Of a stretch of 64,000 nucleotides of DNA, positions 17,122 through 26,245 are shown piece by piece (positions within the stretch are counted from its first letter, which is position 1; every line of letters starts with the position of its first letter). The notes under the pieces were generated by a model. The model searched no databases. It was not told the DNA's origin and saw nothing but the letters and a program-made list of their open reading frames with translations. The position numbers were made by a program, and so were the translations under genes. The stretch covers positions 1 to 64,000 of the IMG/VR virus record IMGVR_UViG_3300034050_000451; one strand, given 5' to 3'.

Positions 17122-18696
17122 TTATTTATATGCATATTTTGATTTGTTATAAGTTGTTGATTTACTTTCAATTAGTGTCATACTAATAGCAACATCAACT
17201 ATCATTGGCAATACCATACCTTTTTTAATTTCCCAAGGATAATTATCATCAATTGTATATGATAATGAATCTATAAATGCCTCTTTACCTTTATATAAGT
17301 TACCCACTGTAAAATACATTAAAGGTGGTGTAACAGATAACCCAGAATATGCAGTTGGATAAGTCATACCAGTCAACGCATCTAATTTTTTCCAAGCAAT
17401 TGTATGTTCAGCTTCATTTAAAGAAAATACTTTAAAATTAAAACTAACACTACGTTCAATTCCAGTATATGTATAATAATTAAATGGTGAACCTATAAAT
17501 TTATTAGAATCCCAACTTGGTGACATTGTTTCAGTTAATGCGGTAATTGTACCTCTAAATTGAACAAGCTTTTTATCAGCTACTGATTGAAATCTTAAAG
17601 CAACAAAATCAGCATCTTCATTTTTTGCATTTACATCCAATTCATTTATTATATCCCTATTGGTGTACATACCACGCTTATCAGTTTCTAAAAATGTAGT
17701 CTTATCCCACTTAGATTGTTTTTTAGATTCTGAGAATTTTTTTATTTTATCAGGTTCTTTTGAGAATATAATTGGTTTGAATTCTAATTCCTGCTTATAT
17801 GATAAATCATTTCTATCTTTAGGTGTATCTCCTTCTGGAAATATTGTTTTAGTATAAGATGCACCTTTTGCATCAAGCTGTCCATTTTCAGGTTTAGTTG
17901 ATGGAGTTGCATCTTTATCAAATCCATAATTAGTTGAAACAACTCCAAAAAAATCAGTACTGGTTTTAGTAAATCCAGTAACACTACCCTTTACAATTAC
18001 AGTTCCTTCTGTTTTTAATCCAGTACGTTCCGAACCTCCAAATAGTTTATTTCTAAGCGCATCTTTACCAAGTTTTATAGCGGCTCCTAATGCTTGTTTA
18101 CCAATAGTTTTTAAATTACCACCACCTAAACCTTTTAGTAACTTACCTAATAATGAACCTTCGGCTGATTTTTTAATTGCAGCTAAATCATTCATTCTAT
18201 CTTGAACCAATCCTAAATTTATTTTTTCAGTACCAAGCGTTCCACCTGCCATCAATTTACCAACTACATAAGTTGGAGTTGCTCCTATTGGAATACCTAA
18301 TTTAGAATTTACACTATCTCTTAATTTTGAAACCTTTCCACCAATCTTACCGCTATCACTCAATTCACCCGATGTAGCTGATTTCATAGCATCCAACATT
18401 GGTGTAGTTCTTAGTGTAATTCTCGTTAGTTCATTACCATATATTACAGGTGTTGATAATCCTCTGATTATACGAACTCCTGTCAACTCTTCTTCTAATA
18501 AAGTTTCACTTCTTCTTACACCAATTACTTTTCTTAATAATCTTGCAGCTGCAAATCCAGTATTATTTACTAATAAATCAGTAGTAGATATCCTAATATC
18601 TTTACTATTTCGTACATCATAAGCAACGGCAGCAGTTTTACCATCCTGAGATGCTAATTGTTTACTTTTAAATAATTCTTCTAATGTTTGTGCCAT
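17122..18696 (-). CDS. tail tube initiator / baseplate cap-like protein (putative)
   Basis: Follows the tape measure gene; C-terminal tube-like domain FRGTITALTETMSPSW..YTGIERSVSFNFKV..PPLMYFTVGNLY..IDSLSYTI. Confidence 0.55.
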   Translation of the reverse strand: MAQTLEELFKSKQLASQDGKTAAVAYDVRNSKDIRISTTDLLVNNTGFAAARLLRKVIGVRRSETLLEEELTGVRIIRGLSTPVIYGNELTRITLRTTPMLDAMKSATSGELSDSGKIGGKVSKLRDSVNSKLGIPIGATPTYVVGKLMAGGTLGTEKINLGLVQDRMNDLAAIKKSAEGSLLGKLLKGLGGGNLKTIGKQALGAAIKLGKDALRNKLFGGSERTGLKTEGTVIVKGSVTGFTKTSTDFFGVVSTNYGFDKDATPSTKPENGQLDAKGASYTKTIFPEGDTPKDRNDLSYKQELEFKPIIFSKEPDKIKKFSESKKQSKWDKTTFLETDKRGMYTNRDIINELDVNAKNEDADFVALRFQSVADKKLVQFRGTITALTETMSPSWDSNKFIGSPFNYYTYTGIERSVSFNFKVFSLNEAEHTIAWKKLDALTGMTYPTAYSGLSVTPPLMYFTVGNLYKGKEAFIDSLSYTIDDNYPWEIKKGMVLPMIVDVAISMTLIESKSTTYNKSKYAYK

Positions 18697-18697
18697 A

Positions 18698-21600
18698 TTA
18701 TATTGCGTATGAATTACTTCCTACCTTATTTACCACTCTACCAATTGCGGCTGATACTTTTGTTCCATCCATATAAACACCAACCTTACCAGAACTAAGG
18801 TCAGCTCTTAAACCTTTAATTTCATCTAATAATGCGGTATCACCACCTTCAGCACCGGCTCCTTCTCCACCACCCATTCCTAACATTGAACCAACACCAA
18901 CTGCTATTGCTCCAACAGCAGCTACAGCCATTAAACCAGGCAATGCAGCTATACCAGCTACACCTACTAAAGTCAATGCTCCAGCTAATCCTACTAACGC
19001 AAGAGATAGAGCGGCTATTGGTGCAATGTATTGGAACATTTCTCCAATAACACTACCAACCGTTGACATTGCCGTTATAACACTTGTCAATCCACCACCT
19101 AATGTAGCTAGTGAAGTAGTTATTAAACTTAATCCAGTACCAACCAACATTATACCAGCTCCCACAAGAAGTAAACCAGGTGCGGCAATTAAACCGGCTA
19201 ATCCGAATCCCATCAATGCTAACGATAATGTACCTAATGAAAGTGATAACATAGCAATCGGTCCAGCATATTCAAACATTCCACTCAATACACTTCCTAT
19301 TTGTGGAAGTATTCCTAACACACTTCCTAATCCACCACTTAATGTAGTAAGTGCAGTTGATATTAGTGTTAATCCAGCACCAACCATCATTATACCAGCT
19401 CCCACAAGAAGTAAACCAGGTGCGGCTATTAAACCAGCCATACCAAATCCTATCAATGCGAATGATAGTACCCCCAATGAAAGTGATAACATAGCCATTG
19501 GTCCTACAAATGCGAATATACCAGCCAATACATCTCCGATTTGTGATATTGATGATATTACACTTCCCATAGAACCACCAATTGCGTTAAATCCAGCTGC
19601 GGCAACTAATAAACCAGCACCCAATGTCATCATTGCAATTCCTAATCCAGCTAATGCTAATAAACCAGCTCCAAATATAAATGCTCCTGCACCAGTCATC
19701 ATTAATGAACCTAATGCGAATGCAGCTGCTCCAAATATTACTAAACCAGCTCCAGCTGCTATTACTGAACCAATGTCCAATCCACTTATTAAACTCATTG
19801 CGTATGCAAATGGTACTAATGCTAATCCTAATATTGCTACTGCCAATGCTCCTTTTATCATATCACCTTGTGCTTTTCCTAATACATAAGCAATTGCGGC
19901 CAAACCAGCTACCCCAACTAAACCCTTTCCAACATCTTCCCACTTAACAGTTGCAAATTCTTGGAATGCTTTAGCTGCTACATATAATGCGGCTGCCATA
20001 ATTAACATAGCTGCGGCTCCTTTAATTAAATCATTTGCCTTAATACCCTTACCCATTTTACCCATCTTATCCCCAGCATCGGTATCCGGTGTTTTTATAC
20101 TTTTTGCTTTATCACCAACACCAGCTAAAAGTTTATCTTTAGCTCCACCAGCAACAGCATCAGTAGCACCCCCACCAAATAAACCAGCTACTTTTTGTGC
20201 ACCCATCTTAACTAAGTTCTTTAAGAAATCAGCTGATTTAGTAACTATACCACCCATATCGATGCCCAATGATTTAAACCCTTGGCCAAGTTGACCACTC
20301 ATTGTAATCATCCCACCAAGCCCCTCTAATCCAGTACCTAAATATTTATTTAATCCCATGTTAAGGGTTTCCCCCATAGCACTAAACGTTTCATTTACAG
20401 CAGCACCCATTGTATTGGCATTCTCTTGGTTTGTAGCCATTTTTTCCAATTCTGCAACCGAAACTCCTAATAAATCAGCGGATGCTTTCTTTTGGAAGTA
20501 ATCCATTTTGTTGAATGCTTCAATACCACCTAATGCACTTAAGGTTTCATTCATTGCACCTTGCATATCACCTTCATATGCTAATGCTCTAGCTCTATCT
20601 AAGTTGATATCTTTACCAAGCATTGCACCTAATTCTAATTCCTTAGTAATAGATGATTCGAAATCCAATAGGTTATCAGCAACACCACTAATGGTACTCA
20701 TATTTACACCTAATTTCTTAGCGTATCCTGCTGCTTGTAATATATTTTTACCACCATCTTTTCCAAATAATGCAAACTCTTCAGCTGAACCAGCTAAATC
20801 TGCCATTAAATCGGCAGGTATAATTCCATTTTGGTTTGCAAACTCCTGAGTGGTTTTAATCATATTTGCTGCTATTTCGGTTGAACCACCATTCAACCTT
20901 GCAAATGAACCCATTAATCCAACTGCTTCGGTATTTGTTATACCCATATTAGCAGCTATTAACCCAACATTAGCTTGTGTTTGGAATGTTGCAGCAGATA
21001 CATCTCCGAATTCAGATGCTAATGATTTTACAGTACTAGCAGTATCTTCAAATATAAATCCTAATGCAGTTGCGGATGTAGTTGAAGAGTTCAATCCTTG
21101 TGAGAATGATTGCCCCAACTCTTTATTCATATCACCAAATTTATTGGCGAACGCACCAGTTGCAATTACTAATGCTCCAATAGCTGCTTGAGGTCTTAGT
21201 AAAAATGTTGTTAAGGTTGAACCTAATGCTCCTATTTTTTTCTTTATAGCATCAAACGCAGTTGCCTGTTCTTCTAATATATCTTTTTGTTCTTGTGTTA
21301 GAGATGCCATATCCCTTGCAGCTACAACCTGAGATTCAATGGATGCTTCTATTTGCCCTTGAATACTTAGAAATTGTTTAGCTACATTAGTTCTCTTATC
21401 CAATGCATTAACTTGCTCTTGAATTTGGTCACTAATTGAATTTAATTTATCTTCTAATTCAGCTTTTTGAACAATATCATCAGCGGTTAGTTGAGCTAAC
21501 TCTTTTGCTATCGATGATTGTTCGTTATATTGTGATAATATATCAGTTACAATATCAGATGATGTTTTATTTCTTTCAGAAATTTCACTACCTCTTGCTA

Positions 21601-21907
21601 ATTGGTCTGATACACTAGTTGCTATATCTCTTTGTAATATCGCTTGAGTTCGCATTTCATTAGAAACAGCTGAGTATATTGTACCCAACGATTTAGCTTC
21701 TTGCTCTAATGTAACAGCACCCTGTACTGTTTTATTTTGATTATCAACAAATGTCTTTAAAGTACCTACTATTCCCTCTAATCTACTTTTTAATTTAATA
21801 TAAGTTTCATCCAACTTAGCGGCATCTTTTCCCTGCTCAAGCTGAATTTGCTTAATTTGTTTTAGTATCTCAACTCTTTCTTTAAGTAGACTGTTGCTAT
21901 CTGCCAT
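18698..21907 (-). CDS. tape measure protein
   Basis: 1069 aa, N-terminal coiled coil, Ala/Gly-rich amphipathic and hydrophobic helical repeats; position between tail chaperone and baseplate. Confidence 0.85.
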   Translation of the reverse strand: MADSNSLLKERVEILKQIKQIQLEQGKDAAKLDETYIKLKSRLEGIVGTLKTFVDNQNKTVQGAVTLEQEAKSLGTIYSAVSNEMRTQAILQRDIATSVSDQLARGSEISERNKTSSDIVTDILSQYNEQSSIAKELAQLTADDIVQKAELEDKLNSISDQIQEQVNALDKRTNVAKQFLSIQGQIEASIESQVVAARDMASLTQEQKDILEEQATAFDAIKKKIGALGSTLTTFLLRPQAAIGALVIATGAFANKFGDMNKELGQSFSQGLNSSTTSATALGFIFEDTASTVKSLASEFGDVSAATFQTQANVGLIAANMGITNTEAVGLMGSFARLNGGSTEIAANMIKTTQEFANQNGIIPADLMADLAGSAEEFALFGKDGGKNILQAAGYAKKLGVNMSTISGVADNLLDFESSITKELELGAMLGKDINLDRARALAYEGDMQGAMNETLSALGGIEAFNKMDYFQKKASADLLGVSVAELEKMATNQENANTMGAAVNETFSAMGETLNMGLNKYLGTGLEGLGGMITMSGQLGQGFKSLGIDMGGIVTKSADFLKNLVKMGAQKVAGLFGGGATDAVAGGAKDKLLAGVGDKAKSIKTPDTDAGDKMGKMGKGIKANDLIKGAAAMLIMAAALYVAAKAFQEFATVKWEDVGKGLVGVAGLAAIAYVLGKAQGDMIKGALAVAILGLALVPFAYAMSLISGLDIGSVIAAGAGLVIFGAAAFALGSLMMTGAGAFIFGAGLLALAGLGIAMMTLGAGLLVAAAGFNAIGGSMGSVISSISQIGDVLAGIFAFVGPMAMLSLSLGVLSFALIGFGMAGLIAAPGLLLVGAGIMMVGAGLTLISTALTTLSGGLGSVLGILPQIGSVLSGMFEYAGPIAMLSLSLGTLSLALMGFGLAGLIAAPGLLLVGAGIMLVGTGLSLITTSLATLGGGLTSVITAMSTVGSVIGEMFQYIAPIAALSLALVGLAGALTLVGVAGIAALPGLMAVAAVGAIAVGVGSMLGMGGGEGAGAEGGDTALLDEIKGLRADLSSGKVGVYMDGTKVSAAIGRVVNKVGSNSYAI
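18950..19560 (-). repeat. 240-bp (80-aa) tandem repeat within the tape measure gene
   Basis: attataccagctcccacaagaagtaaaccaggtgcggc recurs exactly 240 nt apart (about 19149 and 19389); protein unit GLIAAPGLLLVGAGIM... Confidence 0.8.
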
Positions 21908-21913
21908 AATTTA

Positions 21914-22108
21914 TTATAAATCCTTAAGAATTTTCTCTAACTCTTTGATTTCTTTTTCAATGGTTGTTAATCTGGCAGTAACGTGAGTAGGAACTCCTTT
22001 CTTTTTGGCTTGTTGTATAAACCTGTCTTGAGTACCCTTTTGAAGGTCATCTAAAAAACGATTTATGAATCCAACAATTGAACCTTCGTTTAAATTTTTC
22101 TTTCCCAT
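21914..22108 (-). CDS. small hypothetical protein
   Basis: 64-aa ORF with a late motif at 22133-22141. Confidence 0.65.
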   Translation of the reverse strand: MGKKNLNEGSIVGFINRFLDDLQKGTQDRFIQQAKKKGVPTHVTARLTTIEKEIKELEKILKDL

Positions 22109-22147
22109 AATAATTTATGTTATTCGTACTCCTATAAATATAAAGAT

Positions 22148-22183
22148 AAAAAAAAGTGAGGATTATCTTTTAATCCTCACTTT
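22148..22183 (-). terminator. rho-independent terminator overlapping the stop of the chaperone extension
   Basis: Perfect 13-bp stem AAAGTGAGGATTA / TAATCCTCACTTT, 5-nt loop, followed by a T run on the minus strand. Confidence 0.85.
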
Positions 22184-22378
22184 CGATTGTTGTTGTGCTT
22201 TTTTATGTTCTTCGGATTCTTTCTTTTTTAACTCAATTAATTTGTTAAAATAGAATTTTCTCCATTGTGATGGCATGAAATACACATCATTCCAGCTGAA
22301 TCCATTACCATAATTAACCAACTCCCAAATTTGAGTATGGAGTTGAATACTATAATCACTCGGTAGGGTAAAAAAAGT
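22163..22378 (-). CDS. unannotated +1-frame extension of the tail assembly chaperone (GT-like product)
   Basis: 71 sense codons (TFFTLPSDYSIQLHTQIWELVNYGNGFSWNDVYFMPSQWRKFYFNKLIELKKKESEEHKKAQQQSKVRIKR) starting right after an in-frame TAA, at the U7 run near the end of 22356..23129. Confidence 0.7.
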   Translation of the reverse strand, partial: TFFTLPSDYSIQLHTQIWELVNYGNGFSWNDVYFMPSQWRKFYFNKLIELKKKESEEHKKAQQQSKVRIKR

Positions 22379-23129
22379 TTATCCCAAATGGGATATCTAG
22401 CGCCTCCGTTTCGCCTGTTACATCTGATGTGAAATCAAATTTTAAATCCATATCCGGACTTAACTCCTTAACATATTTTCTAAATGCCTTAGTATCCAAT
22501 GCAAGGAATCCATTTTGAATCCAGCTTGTAACAAACCCTTTATCTTCATTTCCATCAACAGATTGTATCATATATTTCAAACGAGTAGTAACATCAAATG
22601 TTTTTTCTCCCTTTCCTTTATATAATCTTTCTAATGCTTGAATTTCTTTTGTAATTTCAGTTTCATCACCGTGTGTTAGTAATTTAAATACCAACTCTTT
22701 ACCTGATTTTGGTAATTTGAATTTATATCTATTTTCACCATTTAATAGAGATTCATTAACATCTTTAGTTTTCACCTTAGATAAATCAATTGTTACTGAT
22801 TGTTTTTCCAATGTAAATGGGTCAGTAATTTCAACAGTATAATCAGCCCCATAACCTAATACTCTTGTTGCCATTAAAATTGCGTTTTTATCTCCAATAA
22901 ATACATCGTTGATATTAACACCTTCTTCAACAACAATAGATTCGAATAATTTATCCAATACCACACCTTTTTTAATTAAAGTTTGTGATGCAAGGATATC
23001 TTCTTCTCTAGCTGTCATGTATTTGATTTCAATGTTACCCTTTCTTAATGGGTGTTTTTCGGGATACACTAACCCCTTTGATGGTAAATCAATAATTTCC
23101 GTTGGGAAATCGAATTTAGTATTGCTCAT
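22356..23129 (-). CDS. tail assembly chaperone / T4 gp26-like baseplate hub assembly protein
   Basis: IDLPSKGLVYP..IEIKYMTAREEDIL..GDKNAILMATRVLGYG; lies between tube and tape measure; ends IPFGINFF. Confidence 0.75.
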   Translation of the reverse strand: MSNTKFDFPTEIIDLPSKGLVYPEKHPLRKGNIEIKYMTAREEDILASQTLIKKGVVLDKLFESIVVEEGVNINDVFIGDKNAILMATRVLGYGADYTVEITDPFTLEKQSVTIDLSKVKTKDVNESLLNGENRYKFKLPKSGKELVFKLLTHGDETEITKEIQALERLYKGKGEKTFDVTTRLKYMIQSVDGNEDKGFVTSWIQNGFLALDTKAFRKYVKELSPDMDLKFDFTSDVTGETEALDIPFGINFFYPTE

Positions 23130-23177
23130 AATTAACCTTTATTTGTTTGTATATAAATATATACTTTTTGAAAAATT

Positions 23178-23214
23178 AAAAAAAAAGAGAGATTCTTAAT
23201 AAAAGAACCTCTCT
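23178..23214 (-). terminator. rho-independent terminator after the tail tube gene
   Basis: Minus strand AGAGAGGTTCTT-TTATT-AAGAATCTCTCT followed by a T run. Confidence 0.75.
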
Positions 23215-23240
23215 AATTAATGTAATTATTGATTTTTATT

Positions 23241-23729
23241 TTAGAATTCTAAAATTGCGTAATCATAAGCCAATGTCAATTCGATATCAGCTGCATCGTT
23301 TGAATCAAATGATAAATCTCCGAAGTTAGCAGATACAATAAATGCTCCTTTTAACTTCCATTGTTCGATTTTATCACCAACAGGCCCTAGCATATAGAAA
23401 TCGATGTCCTTTTTATAGAAATCGGCGTAACCTTTTCTACCAGTTAACGATTCATATCCTAAACGAACCCATTCCATTACTTGTTGTGCTCCAGATGGAA
23501 CGATTGGGTCATACAATGTTATTGTAATGTCCTGCCATTCTCCCTTACCTTGCAATTTGCGATAAGTGTTGATATGGTCTAGTTTAACCGGTTCGAAAGT
23601 GATAGATGGTCTAGCCGCTGATTTTATTAAGTAAGATTGAATTCCGTCAATCTCCATAATATAGCGGTTCTTCATCTTCGGTTCGAAGTTGGTAAACATC
23701 ATTTGTGAAAATTCTAATACTTCTGCCAT
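23241..23729 (-). CDS. gp19: tail tube protein (T4 gp19-like)
   Basis: FEPKMKNRYIMEI..SAARPSI..WQDITITLYD..VMEW..EQWKLKGAF..ANFGDLSF..IELTLAYD. Confidence 0.9.
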   Translation of the reverse strand: MAEVLEFSQMMFTNFEPKMKNRYIMEIDGIQSYLIKSAARPSITFEPVKLDHINTYRKLQGKGEWQDITITLYDPIVPSGAQQVMEWVRLGYESLTGRKGYADFYKKDIDFYMLGPVGDKIEQWKLKGAFIVSANFGDLSFDSNDAADIELTLAYDYAILEF

Positions 23730-23749
23730 GTTTTATCTCCTATTATACT

Positions 23750-23758
23750 AATAAATAT
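23750..23758 (-). promoter_or_regulatory. late motif variant ATATTTATT before the tail tube gene
   Basis: 20 nt upstream of ATG; exact ATATTTATA copies also lie at 23152-23160 (chaperone) and at 26167-26175 and 26234-26242 (sheath). Confidence 0.55.
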
Positions 23759-23781
23759 TAGTTATTTTTTTATTTGTTAAT

Positions 23782-26118
23782 TTATGCTGAGAAACTTGCT
23801 CCAGTAGGTAAGATATTGAAATCAATTACAATAAATTCAGCAGTTTTTGCTGGTTGTAAGAATATCTGTCCTGCTAAAATGTTTCTATCTACTACATCAG
23901 GTGTGTTGTTAGATTCATCCATAACTACTTTGAATGCGTATAAACCTTGTCTTTGTTGAATTCCTTCTAAGTAAGGTTGTACAGTGTTGATAAATCTACC
24001 ACGAGTTGCTGCGGTATTTTGTTCGAACACTAAGAATCTAGAAGTAGATGCGATATACTTTTTAACGGTAATCAATAATCTTCTTACGTTGATTCTATCC
24101 AATGCTGATGCTTTATCTTGCAACGTTTTTTGTCCAAATGCTACAATACCTTGCCCAGGGAAAGAAGCGATTGGGTTTACTTTGTTTTCATATAAAGTAT
24201 CTCTTTCAGAATGTGTTAATCTATTAAGAACTGAAACAGCTCCTACGATTCCTCCTCTATTCAAACCAGCAGGTGCGAACCATTCAGCCGCAATAGCGTC
24301 ATTTGATGCGTACACAGCAGGTAACAATACTGATGGTGGAACACTTATTAATTTGTTAGTGTTTGAATCAACCATCTTAACCCAAGGGTAGTAAGTACCA
24401 GCGTAGTTTGAATCAACTGCTGCTGCCTGAGTAGTAGCTTGTGCTATTGTATCAGGTGCTGCGTTAAAATCAGCGATGTAGAAACAATCTTGTCTAGCTT
24501 CAACCATATCAATTACTTTAGTAGTAACCGGAGTGTGTAATCTTCTAATAACACCCGGAGTTACAACCATATTGATATCATATTCATCAGCGTTTGAAAT
24601 TGCGTTGATTGCTTTAGAGTATGCCTCATATCCACTAGCTACAGAAGTTGATAAATCAAATCCCTGTGAGTTAGCTGCTGATATTGCCGTTCCTAAGTTA
24701 ATTGGAGTTGCCGGAGATTGTCCGTTAAATCCACCTTGGAAACCTAATATAAATTGTCTCTTAGCCATATCAGTTGAATCAGAACCACTCATTACATAAG
24801 TAAGTTGAGAATCAAATCCGAAATCTACGTTTGCTCCAATTTTAGTAGTTGGTAATGGTGCCAAATAATTAGCGTTATCTAATTTAATACCAATTGTTTC
24901 GAAATCAAAACCAGCAAAATAAATTGGTGAACCAGCAGTATTATCTACTGAACCAGTTTGGAAAACAACAGCAGGTATCCATTCGGCCTGTGTTGTTGTT
25001 GTTGTTTCAATTGGATTAGTATAAGCTCCATGTCCAAATGGTGCTGCTGATACAGGGTATGAACCTTGCTCTTTAACTTCTACTCTAATATATTTTGAGT
25101 TATTCAACCAATCACCATATTCAGTAATTTTACCAGTTGAATCAATTGTCATAAATCTATCACCAATTACTCTAGCTATAAAGTTAGGAGATGCAGGGTC
25201 TAAGTTTACGTTGTTAAATGTTTCTAATACTGATTTTCTCTTATCAGTATCATTGTATGCTCTTACAGATACAGAGAATGTAGAGTAATCAGTTGCTCCA
25301 TCTTCACCAGCTGCTTTCACATTAGAAATACCGATTTTAAATCTTGTGTTTTCGTTGTTACCATATCCTAATGTATGGAAACGGAATAATTCATATCTCT
25401 CACCAGAAATAAGTTGTGATTTTACATAAGGAGTTTGTGCAGGAGATGCTCCAGCTTGCGAAGGTGCTCCTAATCCTAAATCAGTACCACCAAATACTTG
25501 AGATGGTAATGCAATTGCTACAACTGCTCCAGCAGGATTGCTTGTATTGTAATTAAATGCAGATGCTTCATTTTCAAAGTATGAATAAACATATCCATCT
25601 TTTGAACCAAATGGTGATTCACCAAATACATCACTTACATCATTAGTTGCCGATGGAACTAAAGATGATGATACAAAACCAATACCAGAACCAGAAACTA
25701 CAAATGAACCAGATATAGTTAATGATGGTGTTACAGTAAATGGACCAAATCCTACTTCAGCATCACCATTGTTGGTTGAGTGAATAGTAGAGATTAATTT
25801 CTTACCAGCAGAACCACTAGCAACTAAACCAATTGGTGTAGCTTGTGTATATCCTCCGGTATCCATTACCCTTACAACAGTCACAGTACCTGCTTCTCTT
25901 AAATAGTTTTGAACCGCATACTCTGTGTAGTATGTTCCATCAGGTGTTCCGAAAATGTTTTCGAATTCTGATTGTGTTCTTACGATTGTGGGAACAAACG
26001 CAGGTCCTTGTTTGAAAGGTCCTATAAACGCTGCTCCAATTTCTCCGATACCCTGAGCCAAGAACGATAAATCGTTTTCTCTTGTGAATACTCCGGGTGA
26101 TACAATTCTTTCTGCCAT
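23782..26118 (-). CDS. gp18: tail sheath protein (T4 gp18-like)
   Basis: SPGVFTRENDLS..GAAFIGPFKQGP; C-terminal WFAPAGLNRG, LYENKVNPI, FGQKTL..SALDRINVRRL, QPAKTAEFIVIDF. Confidence 0.95.
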   Translation of the reverse strand: MAERIVSPGVFTRENDLSFLAQGIGEIGAAFIGPFKQGPAFVPTIVRTQSEFENIFGTPDGTYYTEYAVQNYLREAGTVTVVRVMDTGGYTQATPIGLVASGSAGKKLISTIHSTNNGDAEVGFGPFTVTPSLTISGSFVVSGSGIGFVSSSLVPSATNDVSDVFGESPFGSKDGYVYSYFENEASAFNYNTSNPAGAVVAIALPSQVFGGTDLGLGAPSQAGASPAQTPYVKSQLISGERYELFRFHTLGYGNNENTRFKIGISNVKAAGEDGATDYSTFSVSVRAYNDTDKRKSVLETFNNVNLDPASPNFIARVIGDRFMTIDSTGKITEYGDWLNNSKYIRVEVKEQGSYPVSAAPFGHGAYTNPIETTTTTQAEWIPAVVFQTGSVDNTAGSPIYFAGFDFETIGIKLDNANYLAPLPTTKIGANVDFGFDSQLTYVMSGSDSTDMAKRQFILGFQGGFNGQSPATPINLGTAISAANSQGFDLSTSVASGYEAYSKAINAISNADEYDINMVVTPGVIRRLHTPVTTKVIDMVEARQDCFYIADFNAAPDTIAQATTQAAAVDSNYAGTYYPWVKMVDSNTNKLISVPPSVLLPAVYASNDAIAAEWFAPAGLNRGGIVGAVSVLNRLTHSERDTLYENKVNPIASFPGQGIVAFGQKTLQDKASALDRINVRRLLITVKKYIASTSRFLVFEQNTAATRGRFINTVQPYLEGIQQRQGLYAFKVVMDESNNTPDVVDRNILAGQIFLQPAKTAEFIVIDFNILPTGASFSA

Positions 26119-26245
26119 ATTTTATTTCTCCAATAAGTTTAGTTTGATTATAATATCAAATACACATATAAATATAAAGAAAAATCCCAAAACATAAATT
26201 TTGGTTGTATGATTGGGAGTTTTTCTTCTTTTATATAAATATCAA

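Noticed and set aside
19026-21191. Plus-strand ORFs antisense to the tape measure (287, 113, 113 aa)
   Set aside because: Antisense shadows of Ala/Gly/Leu-rich codons; no independent signals.
22230-22380. Canonical -1 frameshift product of the tail chaperone
   Set aside because: The -1 frame gives an implausible Cys/Met-rich peptide that stops well before the terminator; the +1 frame ends in the terminator and looks protein-like.
16820-26118. Extracellular contractile injection system or tailocin rather than a phage
   Set aside because: Neck/head-closure genes, endolysin, polymerase, speD and phage-style late motifs indicate a phage genome.
26181-26224. Possible terminator between the giant fibre and the sheath (TCCCAA...TTGGGA)
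   Set aside because: Stem is interrupted with a large loop; too weak to call.
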